Below are positions 11,074 through 21,870 of a stretch of DNA of 64,000 nucleotides, in pieces (position 1 is the first letter of the stretch; every line of letters starts with the position of its first letter). Position numbers and translations under genes: made by a program. The notes under the pieces are model-generated. The model had not been told where the DNA came from and ran no database searches. It saw nothing but the letters and a program-made list of their open reading frames with translations. This DNA is from a virus. The stretch lies in the IMG/VR virus record IMGVR_UViG_3300036945_000641, positions 9,240 through 73,239 of that record, one strand, 5' to 3'.

Positions 11074-11082
11074 GGAGCTCAA

Positions 11083-12585
11083 ATGGCATACATTGGAAAT
11101 AGTTTAGCACAAGGATTGGTGTCCGGTGCAAACATCCAGGATGGTACAATTGATACTCCTGATTTAAAAGCTTCGGCAGTAACACTACCTAAAATGGATT
11201 TTAGTGCAGGTACTGCAAATGGCGTTGGCTATTTAAATGGCTCAAAAGCGTTTACTACTGGCAATGCCTTAACATTTGATGGTACTAATCTTATTGGGAC
11301 TGGAAGATTTCAATCTCAATTAATTCGCATTAAAAGTCCAGCTTACTCCGAAATATATTTTAGTACAACAGATAGTGCAGGTAATGGTGCGATTAGCTAT
11401 GAGCACAGTGTCGATACTTTAAAATTCTATACAAATACTACAGAACGTTTGCGTATAGCTTCTGCAGGGCAATTTGGTCTTGGTGGCGGTGCTAATTACG
11501 GAACTACTGGTCAAGTACTAACTTCTCAGGGTGCTAATGCTGCACCTATTTGGAGTACTGTAAGCGGTGGTGGTGGTACTACCACTAATGCTCTTACTAT
11601 TGGCACTGGCCTAACAGGAACTAGCTTTAACGGTAGTTCAGCAGTTACCGTTGGACTAGCCACTAGCGGAGCCAGTGCAGGTACTTACGGTAATAGTTAT
11701 TCTAGTGGCAGTTATATATACCTACCACAAATTACTGTTGATATATACGGACGTATTACTAACATATCTCAAAACTATGTTAGTTTAGGCGGTGGCGGCG
11801 GAGGTTATTCGTTTGCAAACATATACGTTAATGGAAATCCTGGGGCAACGGCAAGTAGTTCAAGCGATACTCTTAACTTTGTTGGCAGTGGAGCTACTAC
11901 AGTATCTTATAGCTCTGGGGCATATAAAACTATTACGATTAGTTCAACTGCAGGAGCAGGTGGAGGTAGTACTGGTTGGTACAGTATGATTACTACTATC
12001 GGCGGAATTACCGGCTTACCTGTTCCCACAGAGTATGATGGCACCATGACTAACATGGCAAGCACTAAGTTGTTTGTTGGTGGCGAAGACTCGTCTTACA
12101 TTAGTGGTAATCAACCAAGCAGCGGTCAATGGAGCAGCAATTCGGGCTCAGGTACATTCAGCATATATACTAACATGGACTACAGTCCTGGCTATTCTGG
12201 CTCAACAATCAATATTAATACATCGTCAGGAGGAGTTAGATTTGCTTTAGCTCCTAAGTGGTCTAGTTCAACTAACGGCAGCTCAAACTATTACGGCTCT
12301 AGTTACAGTGGATCAAGTTTTGGTTACTATCAAGGCTGGATGGCTGCACCTTCAGGTACTAATAGAACGTGGTATGGTATTGTGGTAGTTGACCAGTCGG
12401 GCGTAACGGCCACAGCAGTAAACTGTACAATACATGAGACGAAGAGTAGTCAATACAAGACCTACTTTGCAATATCAATGACTGATGCTCAAGTCTCAAC
12501 TCTATACAGTACGATGGGTAATATATGTACATTTAGCACTTATGTTACTATGAGAGCATATAGTTACTACACATATTCGATGTAA
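11083..12585 (+). CDS. tail fibre protein 1
   Basis: MAYIGN start, G/S/T-rich, ERLRIASAG repeat. Confidence 0.7.
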   Translation: MAYIGNSLAQGLVSGANIQDGTIDTPDLKASAVTLPKMDFSAGTANGVGYLNGSKAFTTGNALTFDGTNLIGTGRFQSQLIRIKSPAYSEIYFSTTDSAGNGAISYEHSVDTLKFYTNTTERLRIASAGQFGLGGGANYGTTGQVLTSQGANAAPIWSTVSGGGGTTTNALTIGTGLTGTSFNGSSAVTVGLATSGASAGTYGNSYSSGSYIYLPQITVDIYGRITNISQNYVSLGGGGGGYSFANIYVNGNPGATASSSSDTLNFVGSGATTVSYSSGAYKTITISSTAGAGGGSTGWYSMITTIGGITGLPVPTEYDGTMTNMASTKLFVGGEDSSYISGNQPSSGQWSSNSGSGTFSIYTNMDYSPGYSGSTININTSSGGVRFALAPKWSSSTNGSSNYYGSSYSGSSFGYYQGWMAAPSGTNRTWYGIVVVDQSGVTATAVNCTIHETKSSQYKTYFAISMTDAQVSTLYSTMGNICTFSTYVTMRAYSYYTYSM

Positions 12586-12599
12586 TAATAGGAAATAAA

Positions 12600-13091
12600 A
12601 TGAATTTAGCTAAAATAAGCAATGGAGCTATAACAGAGTATCCTTTGAGTGCTGAGTCTTACGAACAAGCTGTTGAAAACGGACTTGAGTTTCCTTTTGC
12701 TGCAGAAAAACTAATAGAACTAGGTTTAGTAGATGTTGTAGTAGAGCAAAGACCTATAGTTGATGCGTATGACTACATTCCACAGCCTCCACAATTAGTG
12801 GATGGTGTGTGGCATGTAACTTGGACCAAAGACTTAGATACTCCAGAAGATGTACTAGCCGTTCGCACACTAAACTTGTCTAATAGTATGCGAGCTACAA
12901 GAGACTTGTTAATCAAAGAAATACAGTGGCGTTTTGAACGATATGCTAGACTAGCAAGACTAAATAAGCCACAAGTAGATAACATAGCAGATCTTGATGC
13001 ATATGTACAAGATTTAACGGAAGTGCCTGAACAAGCAGGCTTTCCGTTTAACATAACATGGCCAGAAAAAGCAGTGGGAGGTAACGCATGA
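12600..13091 (+). CDS. tail fibre assembly chaperone
   Basis: RATRDLL...YVQDLTEVPEQAGFPFNITWPEK chaperone motif. Confidence 0.75.
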   Translation: MNLAKISNGAITEYPLSAESYEQAVENGLEFPFAAEKLIELGLVDVVVEQRPIVDAYDYIPQPPQLVDGVWHVTWTKDLDTPEDVLAVRTLNLSNSMRATRDLLIKEIQWRFERYARLARLNKPQVDNIADLDAYVQDLTEVPEQAGFPFNITWPEKAVGGNA

Positions 13092-15304
13092 GTTACATAG
13101 GAAATAGTCCAGGCGTGGCATCACAACGTGTTCAAACATCGTTTACAGCCACTGCCAATCAAACTGTATTCACACCAAGTGCAGGATATACGCTAGGGTA
13201 CTTGGACGTTTATCAAAACGGTGTTAAACTAATCAGTGGCGACGACTATGTGGCAGCCGATGGTTTAGTGTTTACCCTAACCTCAGGTGCACTATTAGGC
13301 GACAGCGTTGAAGCCATTGCCTACTTTCCACGTGGATTGTCAGATGGTTACATCAAAGCCGAAGCAGACACTCTATTAGCCACAAAAGCAGCAGATAATG
13401 CTGTGGTAAAATTAACTGGTGATCAAACTGTTGCTGGTGTAAAAACATTTGGTTCAAATCCCATATTAGGTGCTGGTGTGGTAAACGGCGTACCATACTT
13501 AAATGGTTCTAAAGCGTTAACCAGCGGCAGTGCTCTAGTTTTTGACGGTACTAATTTTGGAGTTGGCACAAGTTCCCCCTTATCAGTATTAAACGTAAAC
13601 GGTACTGGCGGCGAGCTCATTCGTATTTCAATTACGGCTGACTCAGGCACGTTACAAGAGCCAGCACTTGGTTTTGCAACTGGTGTAACCAACACCCATC
13701 CTGCCGCAAAAATATCTGCTCTTGAGTTTGATGCTTCAGATAGTCGTGCGTCTTTGTTGTTTTACACACGAGGAACCAATACTGATTCTGCTCCAACAGA
13801 ACGTGTTCGTATTGATTCTAGCGGTAACTTCTTAACGGGCGGATTAACTTCATACCCAGGCCAAGCAGATGCAAACTCAACTGCTAGTGGTGCAATTGTT
13901 CTTAACACCAAGCGTGAATTACGCTGGAATAACACCAATGCCTCCATCTATGGTGGCTCAGGTGGTGCAGACGATAACTTATATTATCATTCAGGTAATT
14001 CTCATATTTGGCGTGTAAGTGGGTCAGAAAAAGCTCGTATTACGTCAGACGGTAACTTTGGTGTTGGGTCAAGTAATCCTACTCAAAGGCTTCATGTTAA
14101 TACTAGTTATGGTTTAAACTCGGGCGCTCCTGCAACTTCAGGCACAACTCAAAACGGAATTTTGCGCTTAACACCAAATAGTGCTGTATACGGCGAAACA
14201 TTAGACTTTGGTATGAATGTTGGTCCAACTTATGCATGGATTCAATCTACTAATAAAGATGGTTTGGCAACAAATTACCCGTTAGTACTAAACCCTAATG
14301 GTGGTAGTGTAGCTATTGGTACCCTAACTCCTTGGACAAAATTTCAAGTAACACATAGTGTAAATAATACTAATTCATCAGCTACTAATATTAGTGATTA
14401 TCAAAATGCTGCTATTGTTTTACATAATCAAGATGAAGTTGGTACAGGAAATAAAGCTGGACTGTTTTTTGCTTTTGCAGGAAATCCGGGATTACTAGCT
14501 GGCATAGATGGTTTTAAAGAGTCTGGCACTTGGAATACGGGGCTACGCTTCTATACAAACAATCAAACTGGCGGCAACGTTGGTACCATAGCTGAGCGTA
14601 TGCGTATTACTCCAGCCGGTAACTTTGGTATTGGTACTTCAAACCCAACAGCTAAACTAGAAGTTAAACTGGCGGGTGACGGCGACATGTTTATTGGTCG
14701 ATATAGTGGCGGTAATGCAAAGTTAGTATACGCGTACCAGTCAAGTTCTGACGGCTTTTTAGAGCTAAGAACTGGTGCTGACAATACTGTTACTAAATTA
14801 TCAGGCTACAATGGCACTCCATCGTACTTTATGTCTAAGGTCGGTATTAACACTACTAGTCCAGACGAGCAACTACACGTTAACGGACACATTAAAGCAG
14901 ACACGGCTTATCTAGCAAATGGAAATGCTCGTTTACATTTTTATACTTATCAAATTGGTACAGCATATCCATATGCACACTTAAAAACTAGTATACCTTG
15001 GGAAAATCATGTTCAAATGTACAGTGTAGGTATTACAGGGCATGAATATGGCTCAAGTAAGCCTATTGATGCGCAAGTAGTTTGGTATAGTTATAGTCCT
15101 TCTAATGGTGTAGTAAGTATAGGCTCGTCTGGTACGCATACTATAGAGTTATATAGATCAACTGATGGTTACATTGTAATCCGAGTAAATTTACCAAGTG
15201 GATACTATACTGCATTTACTGTGTCACAATATATGACTAACCAAGGCCTAGCAGGTTTCACAATTTTAGGCAGTGCTGGAAGTGGTACTACTAACTACTA
15301 TTAA
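13088..15304 (+). CDS. tail fibre protein 2
   Basis: MSYIGNSP; repeated ERxRIxxxGNFGIGTSNP fibre repeats. Confidence 0.75.
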   Translation: MSYIGNSPGVASQRVQTSFTATANQTVFTPSAGYTLGYLDVYQNGVKLISGDDYVAADGLVFTLTSGALLGDSVEAIAYFPRGLSDGYIKAEADTLLATKAADNAVVKLTGDQTVAGVKTFGSNPILGAGVVNGVPYLNGSKALTSGSALVFDGTNFGVGTSSPLSVLNVNGTGGELIRISITADSGTLQEPALGFATGVTNTHPAAKISALEFDASDSRASLLFYTRGTNTDSAPTERVRIDSSGNFLTGGLTSYPGQADANSTASGAIVLNTKRELRWNNTNASIYGGSGGADDNLYYHSGNSHIWRVSGSEKARITSDGNFGVGSSNPTQRLHVNTSYGLNSGAPATSGTTQNGILRLTPNSAVYGETLDFGMNVGPTYAWIQSTNKDGLATNYPLVLNPNGGSVAIGTLTPWTKFQVTHSVNNTNSSATNISDYQNAAIVLHNQDEVGTGNKAGLFFAFAGNPGLLAGIDGFKESGTWNTGLRFYTNNQTGGNVGTIAERMRITPAGNFGIGTSNPTAKLEVKLAGDGDMFIGRYSGGNAKLVYAYQSSSDGFLELRTGADNTVTKLSGYNGTPSYFMSKVGINTTSPDEQLHVNGHIKADTAYLANGNARLHFYTYQIGTAYPYAHLKTSIPWENHVQMYSVGITGHEYGSSKPIDAQVVWYSYSPSNGVVSIGSSGTHTIELYRSTDGYIVIRVNLPSGYYTAFTVSQYMTNQGLAGFTILGSAGSGTTNYY

Positions 15305-15307
15305 AGA

Positions 15308-15598
15308 ATGTATACCATGGAAAATACTAATATACCCCAACCAAATCCAGAAATTGTAATACTGCTAGATGAACTGAATAAGTATAAGCGTTCTCGAAAG
15401 TTATTGTATGGAGAAATATCAGATCAATTAGATATGTTATTTAAAGATATTGACTCTGGAGTCTTTGGAGAAAATGCTAAACAAGGTTTATTTTATAAAC
15501 ATATTAGCAAAGTAAAAGAGTCTATTGAAAAGCCTGATACTGACTTAATTAAGCAGCAGTTAGACACTTTAATTACGTCACAACAAGGAGTTAATTAA
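15308..15598 (+). CDS. small fibre-associated protein
   Basis: R..LYGEISDQLDMLFKDI motif typical of fibre partner genes. Confidence 0.6.
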   Translation: MYTMENTNIPQPNPEIVILLDELNKYKRSRKLLYGEISDQLDMLFKDIDSGVFGENAKQGLFYKHISKVKESIEKPDTDLIKQQLDTLITSQQGVN

Positions 15599-17667
15599 TG
15601 TCAAGAGCCTCAGCCTTAGCAAAAACGCTTGGCGCCGACAGCGCCCTTAATGCTGGTGATGTAAGTGGATTAGCCACTATCTCCACCTCAGGTTCCGCCA
15701 GTGACCTTATCACTGGCACCCTGCCTCCTGACCGCATAGCTGACCTAAGCATTTCAAATGCAAAGCTTACAGGCATTGCAGGTAACAAAGTCAGCTATAA
15801 CAATTCGGTAAGTGGTATTAGTGCAAACACTGTGCAAGAAGCCATTGATTACTTAAAAACAATCAGTGGTGGTGCTAGTTCAGGTCAGCAAGCAAGCTAT
15901 TCTCGTCAAAAGTTTACTGCCACTGCTGCCCAAACAACATTCTCAGTAACTTACACAGTGGGTTACCTAGAAGTATACCTAAATGGCGTATTACTAGATA
16001 TTACCGACTATACTGCCAGTACGGGTACAACTGTGGTGTTAAGTGCTGGAGCGCAAGCTGGTGACGAATTGGTTACTATTGCACTAGACAGCTTTGCAAT
16101 TGCTGAGCTTTTACGTGTTACAACAGTATCGCCAAGCGCACCCACTGATGGTATTGTCATAGGTGCAGACGGTCAATTTGGTATTGGCATTGCAAATCCA
16201 ATATATAAATTTATGGTTGGTGATGGTACAAGAAATATGTGTATCAACCCAAATAGCACACTTGATGGAATATTTATAGGTACAACAACAAATAAACCTT
16301 TGCTGTTCGGTACTAATGATTTTGAGCGAGCGCGTATTGACATTAATGGTAACTTTTTACTAGGCAGCACAGCTAACTATAATTTACGTGCAATTATTGC
16401 CGGCCCAGCAACTGCAGCCTCAACTGGAAGTGGAAGCTATATTGTTGCTTCGTTTATTGATACTAACGCAATGGCAGCTGGTGTTGGCGGTGGACTAGGT
16501 TTTCAAGGTAATGATGGGCAAAACGGTTATGTAACTTTTGCCTCAATTAACGGCTCTAAAGAAAATGGAGTAAGCGGCAATTACGCTAGTTACTTAAGCT
16601 TTAAAACTAGAGCAAATGGTCAAGCCTTAACAGAACGCATGACCATTGGTTCAAACGGTCTTGTTACTATACCAAACGGTATTCAAGCAAAAGCACCTAC
16701 ATATGAGCTATATGGAGGCAACTATAATGAAGCTGGTTTAACTGGAACACTAAGAATTCGACTAGGTACAGTTTATATAGCGCAGGGCGGCATGGATGTG
16801 ACTATTAAACTAGCTGTAGGTGCAGGATATAATGCCGGAGAAGGTCAAGTATTTGAGTATGTACTTAGATTACGTACTTCAAACGGTAGTAGTTCTACAG
16901 CGGGTTCAAGTGGTGCAATTTACATCAATGGATTTGTAGAAAAAATTACTGTAGATGCTTTTGGAACCACAAATCCAGTAGAATCTTTCTTAGTTCAAGA
17001 AATAAATACTGGACAATATAACATATATTTTGACCCAAATAGTTTAATTGGTAACTACAGTCATTATATTGTAGAAACTCCTGCAACTGCTACATGGGTG
17101 CACAATCCAGCAGTATTAAATATTTCTGAAATTACAGGCAACTATTTAACAGTTAGCACATGGCGTACTACGGCACTTACTGATACTAGTGGGTTTATTA
17201 GTAATACTCGTGGTATTAAATTTCCTGCATATCAATTTCAATCCAGCGACCCTAATACGCTAGATGATTATGAAGAGGGAACTTGGACACCTTCTATTAC
17301 TGGTGGTGATGGCGGCTCAGTTACTTATAACTTTAACAGTGGGGTTTACCGCAAGATTGGCAGCATGGTTTACTTACAGTTTGGTGTAAACATAGCAAGC
17401 AGAAGTGGTGGTAGCGGTGAGATCTTAATCAATGGATTACCATTTCCTTCTATTACACGAGGCGCGTATCAAGAAGCATCGGCTTCGCTACAAGGTGGTG
17501 GCTGGGCAAATTCGGCATTAGCTGGAAAAGTTTATATGTTTGTTATGAACGATATGACACAAATGCGTACTCGCTATCTACAAAACTCTGACGCCCCTGT
17601 GTCGTTTACTGATATCCAAGCCGGTACATATTTTAACGGAACAATTGTTTATTGCACTGCGGCGTAA
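15598..17667 (+). CDS. tail fibre protein 3
   Basis: Fibre repeats; NTLDDYEEGTWTP...YRKIGSMV C-terminal module. Confidence 0.75.
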   Translation: MSRASALAKTLGADSALNAGDVSGLATISTSGSASDLITGTLPPDRIADLSISNAKLTGIAGNKVSYNNSVSGISANTVQEAIDYLKTISGGASSGQQASYSRQKFTATAAQTTFSVTYTVGYLEVYLNGVLLDITDYTASTGTTVVLSAGAQAGDELVTIALDSFAIAELLRVTTVSPSAPTDGIVIGADGQFGIGIANPIYKFMVGDGTRNMCINPNSTLDGIFIGTTTNKPLLFGTNDFERARIDINGNFLLGSTANYNLRAIIAGPATAASTGSGSYIVASFIDTNAMAAGVGGGLGFQGNDGQNGYVTFASINGSKENGVSGNYASYLSFKTRANGQALTERMTIGSNGLVTIPNGIQAKAPTYELYGGNYNEAGLTGTLRIRLGTVYIAQGGMDVTIKLAVGAGYNAGEGQVFEYVLRLRTSNGSSSTAGSSGAIYINGFVEKITVDAFGTTNPVESFLVQEINTGQYNIYFDPNSLIGNYSHYIVETPATATWVHNPAVLNISEITGNYLTVSTWRTTALTDTSGFISNTRGIKFPAYQFQSSDPNTLDDYEEGTWTPSITGGDGGSVTYNFNSGVYRKIGSMVYLQFGVNIASRSGGSGEILINGLPFPSITRGAYQEASASLQGGGWANSALAGKVYMFVMNDMTQMRTRYLQNSDAPVSFTDIQAGTYFNGTIVYCTAA

Positions 17668-17726
17668 CAATATAGTTTATTATTCTGACTGGACGGCCAG
17701 AATGGACATTAATCAAAGGAACAGCA

Positions 17727-18002
17727 ATGTCATTAACAAAAGAAGTCGTTATCGACAAAATTGAAGTTACTGAAAACGGAATAATTCAAGTTCGTCAGGT
17801 AACTCGTATCTTAGAAGACGGACAACAATTGTCCGCTTCTTACCATCGCACTAGTCTACAGCCTGGACAGGACTTGACTGGCCAGCCTGCCAATGTCGTT
17901 GCAATTTGCACGGCAGCATGGACTCCAGAAGTCATTTTAGCCTACCAAACTCAAGTAGCTAACTCTTTGACACAAGGAGCCCCAAATGTCCAGAGCACGT
18001 AA
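17727..18002 (+). CDS. small fibre-associated protein
   Basis: MSLTKEVVIDKIEV...AICTAAWTPEV, usual partner of DDYEEGTWTP fibres. Confidence 0.65.
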   Translation: MSLTKEVVIDKIEVTENGIIQVRQVTRILEDGQQLSASYHRTSLQPGQDLTGQPANVVAICTAAWTPEVILAYQTQVANSLTQGAPNVQST

Positions 18003-19197
18003 TATATCAAACTTACTAGGTGCTGATGGTGTTTTAAGCGCCACAGACATTACTGCAGCACTAGGGTATACACCAGTTAACAAAGCTGGTGATAATATCA
18101 CCGGCCAATTAAATGTTAGTGCCACATCAAATGTGTATATTACTTCAACTAGCACAAATGGTGCTAATGCTGGTTTCAGAATGGAAAGTGCTGGCGTTAG
18201 AGATTACGGTATTTTTAGTGATGGTGCGCTACGTTTTTACGACTTTACTGCTGCTCAGGAGCGTATGCGTATTGTAAGTTCTGGACAGGTAGTCGTTGGA
18301 GATACTTCAACACAATACAGTTCAAAACTATATGTAAACGGTGCAATTGCTGCTCGTAACGGTGGTGTTGACGGCACTTATCAACCAGCATTTATTGCCG
18401 CATACACTGGTAACTATAATGAAACTAACGTAATTTCCTCCGCAGTTTCAAGTGGAGGTAGTGGCAGCGGTTTTAGTTTTGAAATATCAAATGGTGCAGG
18501 TTCTGCTGGACGTACTAGTACCGCTTATTTCACCAGAGCAATAGTTAATATTAATACCCCTATGAATGTTGGTGGGCAACTAGGTATTGGTAGTAATAGT
18601 TTATACTTTGAAAAGTCTGGAACTCGCAGCTGGCAATTATATGCCAATCAATCAACTGGTCAAGCTGTTTTAGCCTCTGGAGATGGTGTAGGCAACTTTA
18701 TAGTAGCTGCTGCTAGAATGGGTATTGGTAACAGTACTCCTAACCAAACACTTGATGTTGCAGGCCCAGCAAGATTTGGTGGTGGTATTATTAGCGGAGA
18801 ATTAGTTGCTGGCTATATTGCATCTAATTATACTGGTACTCGCTATCTATTAATTGATAACATGACTGATAATGCTGCTGCGGCTTTTAATATGCGTGGT
18901 AATATTGTTGCTTCATCTTATACTACTTGGAACGTATGTGATATTTACTTTAGAAGGACATACGCCTCTACCACATTAAGCGGTTCTATTACTGGTATTG
19001 CTCAAAGTGGTGTTACTGTTTCGCTTGTAGATATTACTTATAATAGTAAGCGTTATGCTGCTATTTGTTTTGCAGGTGGAGATCCTGCTATTCACATGAA
19101 TGTTTGCGGATATAGACTAGATAATCAAGCCGTAAATGGTTATATGACGTTTGTCACTTCTGGTGTAACAGTTAATTCAACTATTGCATCTTATTAA
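17986..19197 (+). CDS. tail fibre protein 4
   Basis: MSRARN start, ALGYTPVNKAGD, fibre repeats. Confidence 0.7.
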   Translation: MSRARNISNLLGADGVLSATDITAALGYTPVNKAGDNITGQLNVSATSNVYITSTSTNGANAGFRMESAGVRDYGIFSDGALRFYDFTAAQERMRIVSSGQVVVGDTSTQYSSKLYVNGAIAARNGGVDGTYQPAFIAAYTGNYNETNVISSAVSSGGSGSGFSFEISNGAGSAGRTSTAYFTRAIVNINTPMNVGGQLGIGSNSLYFEKSGTRSWQLYANQSTGQAVLASGDGVGNFIVAAARMGIGNSTPNQTLDVAGPARFGGGIISGELVAGYIASNYTGTRYLLIDNMTDNAAAAFNMRGNIVASSYTTWNVCDIYFRRTYASTTLSGSITGIAQSGVTVSLVDITYNSKRYAAICFAGGDPAIHMNVCGYRLDNQAVNGYMTFVTSGVTVNSTIASY

Positions 19198-19213
19198 TTA
19201 AAGGGATCCTAAA

Positions 19214-19537
19214 ATGGAATTCAAAATCGTACAACTAGAGCGCCAACTACCAAGCGGCGGAATTACCACAGCACACTGGACTGTTTCAAAAGAACAAGAC
19301 GGTATTCTTGTATCAAGCTATGGTGCACAAGGTTTTCAACCTGACCCTCAAGCGCAGGGATTTGTAGCTTTTCCACAAGTAACAGAAGCACAAGTTATTG
19401 GTTGGGTTCAAGCCGCAATGGGTACCGAAGCTGTTGCAGCTTTAGAAGCTTCACTAGACGCTCAAATCGCAGCAATCCAAACTCCGGCTACCGCAACTGG
19501 TATGCCTTGGACTCCAGTGGTTACACCAACAGAGTAA
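19214..19537 (+). CDS. small fibre-associated protein
   Basis: FVAFPQVTEAQVIGWV...GMPW motif. Confidence 0.6.
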   Translation: MEFKIVQLERQLPSGGITTAHWTVSKEQDGILVSSYGAQGFQPDPQAQGFVAFPQVTEAQVIGWVQAAMGTEAVAALEASLDAQIAAIQTPATATGMPWTPVVTPTE

Positions 19538-19544
19538 CTTATAA

Positions 19545-19961
19545 ATGTGGTTCTTTAACTTTATACCAGGAACCTTGTTTTACGCATTATTTTTAGCAGC
19601 AGGAACAGGCTACATTGTTAGCTTGTTCCTACCACATACAATCTTACAAAAACAAGTAAAAATTGCCAGCATAGCTGCACTAGCACTGTCAATCTACCTA
19701 CTAGGTATGCTTTATGTAAATAACTGGTGGAAAGATAAAGCAGCCCAGCTAGAGCAACAAGTTGCAGAATTGGCACAAAAAAGTTCTGAAACTAACGCTG
19801 TAATCGAAAAGAAATTGGTTACTCGAACCGAAATTGTGCGTGTGCGCGGCGACGACATTGTTAAATATGTTGACCGTGAAATTGTCAAGTATAACACGCA
19901 ATGCGTAATCCCACTTGAATTTGTAACCGCACACAATCGTGCAGCGGAGCAACCAAAATGA
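19545..19961 (+). CDS. i-spanin (Rz-like)
   Basis: N-terminal TM helices, coiled coil, C-terminal Cys; overlaps lipoprotein gene. Confidence 0.7.
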   Translation: MWFFNFIPGTLFYALFLAAGTGYIVSLFLPHTILQKQVKIASIAALALSIYLLGMLYVNNWWKDKAAQLEQQVAELAQKSSETNAVIEKKLVTRTEIVRVRGDDIVKYVDREIVKYNTQCVIPLEFVTAHNRAAEQPK

Positions 19962-20227
19962 AAACTCTAACTCTACTCCTAGCACTTAGTTTAAGTGCAT
20001 GCACCACAGTTGTACCAGTTACAGCCAAATTTCCGGCAGCGCCAGGACTGCAAGCTCAGGTACCTTGCCCTCAGTTGAAAAAGCTAGAAGAAAGCGCACA
20101 GCTTTCGGACGTTGCAAAAATTGTGTCTGTTAACTACACAGAATACTACACTTGTGCAGTTAAAGTGGACGCTTGGATTGAGTGGTATAACGTGCAAAAA
20201 ATCATTTTTGAAAGCCTAGGCAAATGA
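19958..20227 (+). CDS. o-spanin (Rz1-like lipoprotein)
   Basis: Lipobox LSAC, Pro-rich, PCPQL. Confidence 0.75.
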   Translation: MKTLTLLLALSLSACTTVVPVTAKFPAAPGLQAQVPCPQLKKLEESAQLSDVAKIVSVNYTEYYTCAVKVDAWIEWYNVQKIIFESLGK

Positions 20228-20847
20228 ACTTAACATTAGCTCAACTCCAACAGCTCTTACCCAAAAATCCTTATGTAACTCAATGGCATGGTGCATTGTC
20301 ACAGCTACTACCAGATTACGAAATCAATACCGCACCGCGTATTGCAGCTTTCGTTGCACAGTGTGCACACGAGTCTGGTGGATTTACAGCGCTCAAAGAA
20401 AATTTAAATTATCGAGCTGCTACTCTACGCAAGATTTTTCCAAAATACTTTCCCACAGATGAAATCGCCAATTATTATGCCAGCTTACCTAATAAGCAGG
20501 CTGCAATTGCCAACAAAGTTTATGCTAACCGCATGGGCAATGGTCCTGAAGAAAGTGGTGATGGATACAAATTTTGCGGTCGTGGTTTAATTCAATTAAC
20601 AGGACGCGACAACTATTCGTGGTTTGCCGCTAGTTTAGATATTAGTGTTGAAGAGGCAAGTGACTATCTTCAAACATTTGAAGGTGCAGCGCAAAGTGCA
20701 TGTTGGTTTTGGGAAACCAATAACCTAAATCGTTGGGCTGATGCTGGCGATATTTTGACCTTGACAAAAAAGATCAATGGTGGTACAATTGGATTAGAAG
20801 ATCGTGTCAAGCATTATAATCATGCCCTACACGTATTAGGAGATTAA
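20224..20847 (+). CDS. glycoside hydrolase family 19 endolysin
   Basis: AQCAHESGGF, GRGLIQLTGRDNY, INGGTIGLEDR motifs. Confidence 0.9.
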   Translation: MNLTLAQLQQLLPKNPYVTQWHGALSQLLPDYEINTAPRIAAFVAQCAHESGGFTALKENLNYRAATLRKIFPKYFPTDEIANYYASLPNKQAAIANKVYANRMGNGPEESGDGYKFCGRGLIQLTGRDNYSWFAASLDISVEEASDYLQTFEGAAQSACWFWETNNLNRWADAGDILTLTKKINGGTIGLEDRVKHYNHALHVLGD

Positions 20848-20848
20848 A

Positions 20849-21181
20849 ATGTCAGAAGAAAAAGACTCAGCAAAAGGCGTGTTTATAGAAAAACTACTGT
20901 TTGCTCTACTACCATTAATTATTGCCGGAGTAGGTTATTTACTAAGTGCTGTAGGCACATTAGCACACCAAGTAACTATTTTAGAAAGCAAAGTAAGTTT
21001 AGTTGTAACTAGCGACAATAAACAGGCCCCTAATACTGGTGCCGAACTTGCTCGCGAAAGGTTACGCCAAGATTTAACAGAAGCAATTCAACGTAATCGT
21101 GACGCTATTCAACAAAACAAAGAACATATTAGTATTCACGAAGAAAAACTTCGTCAGTTGCAAAAGCAAGTAACAAAGTAA
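20849..21181 (+). CDS. single-TM coiled-coil membrane protein
   Basis: Hydrophobic N-terminal helix plus coiled coil. Confidence 0.6.
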   Translation: MSEEKDSAKGVFIEKLLFALLPLIIAGVGYLLSAVGTLAHQVTILESKVSLVVTSDNKQAPNTGAELARERLRQDLTEAIQRNRDAIQQNKEHISIHEEKLRQLQKQVTK

Positions 21182-21183
21182 CC

Positions 21184-21339
21184 ATGATAACTTCTGCCTT
21201 TTTATTATCAATTGCACTAGCGGTTTCTAACTCAGAATACCAGTGCATTAGGTGGACTTGGACAGGCGATGTTTATAATCGTAAAGTAATTTGTCTTGAA
21301 TGGAGAAAAAAGCAAGATAAGCCAACAAGGAAACTATAG
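21184..21339 (+). CDS. 51-aa secreted/membrane peptide with two Cys (not in ORF track)
   Basis: MITSAFLLSIALAVSNSEYQCIRWTWTGDVYNRKVICLEW...; fills the gap exactly. Confidence 0.6.
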   Translation: MITSAFLLSIALAVSNSEYQCIRWTWTGDVYNRKVICLEWRKKQDKPTRKL

Positions 21340-21340
21340 T

Positions 21341-21835
21341 ATGATAGATCCAATAACCGCACTTGCGGGCATACAATCAGCAGTTGCTTTAATCAAAAAA
21401 GTATCAAAAACTGTTGATGATGTTGCTAGTCTAGGACCTGTTCTAGGTAAATATTTTGACGCTAAAAGTACTGCTACCAAAGCAGCAGTAGAAGCAAAAA
21501 ATAGTAGCAAAAAATCTAATATGGCAACTGCCATTGAAATTGAACTGGCTCTACACCAAGCAGAGCAGTTTGAGCGAGAACTACAAATGTTGTTTATGAC
21601 AACAGGTAAAATTGACGTATGGAATAAAATTAAACAACGTTCAGCTGCAATGGATATTGAAGCTGCTCATGATGCGCGACGTACTAAAGCAGCAAACCAA
21701 AAGAAAAAAGAACAGCAACAAGAACAACTAGAGTGGGCTTTGGGCATAGTTTTTATTGTATTTTGTGTGTGGGGTCTTGGATTCGTTACCTATGAATTTA
21801 TTGAGTACTGTCAGCAAGCAAGATGTGGTAAATGA
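21341..21835 (+). CDS. helical protein with C-terminal TM (MIDPIT N-terminus)
   Basis: Start reassigned to ATG 21341; C-terminal hydrophobic helix. Confidence 0.65.
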   Translation: MIDPITALAGIQSAVALIKKVSKTVDDVASLGPVLGKYFDAKSTATKAAVEAKNSSKKSNMATAIEIELALHQAEQFERELQMLFMTTGKIDVWNKIKQRSAAMDIEAAHDARRTKAANQKKKEQQQEQLEWALGIVFIVFCVWGLGFVTYEFIEYCQQARCGK

Positions 21836-21870
21836 ATAAATTATTAACTTACTGTTAGGAAAAATTGTTT

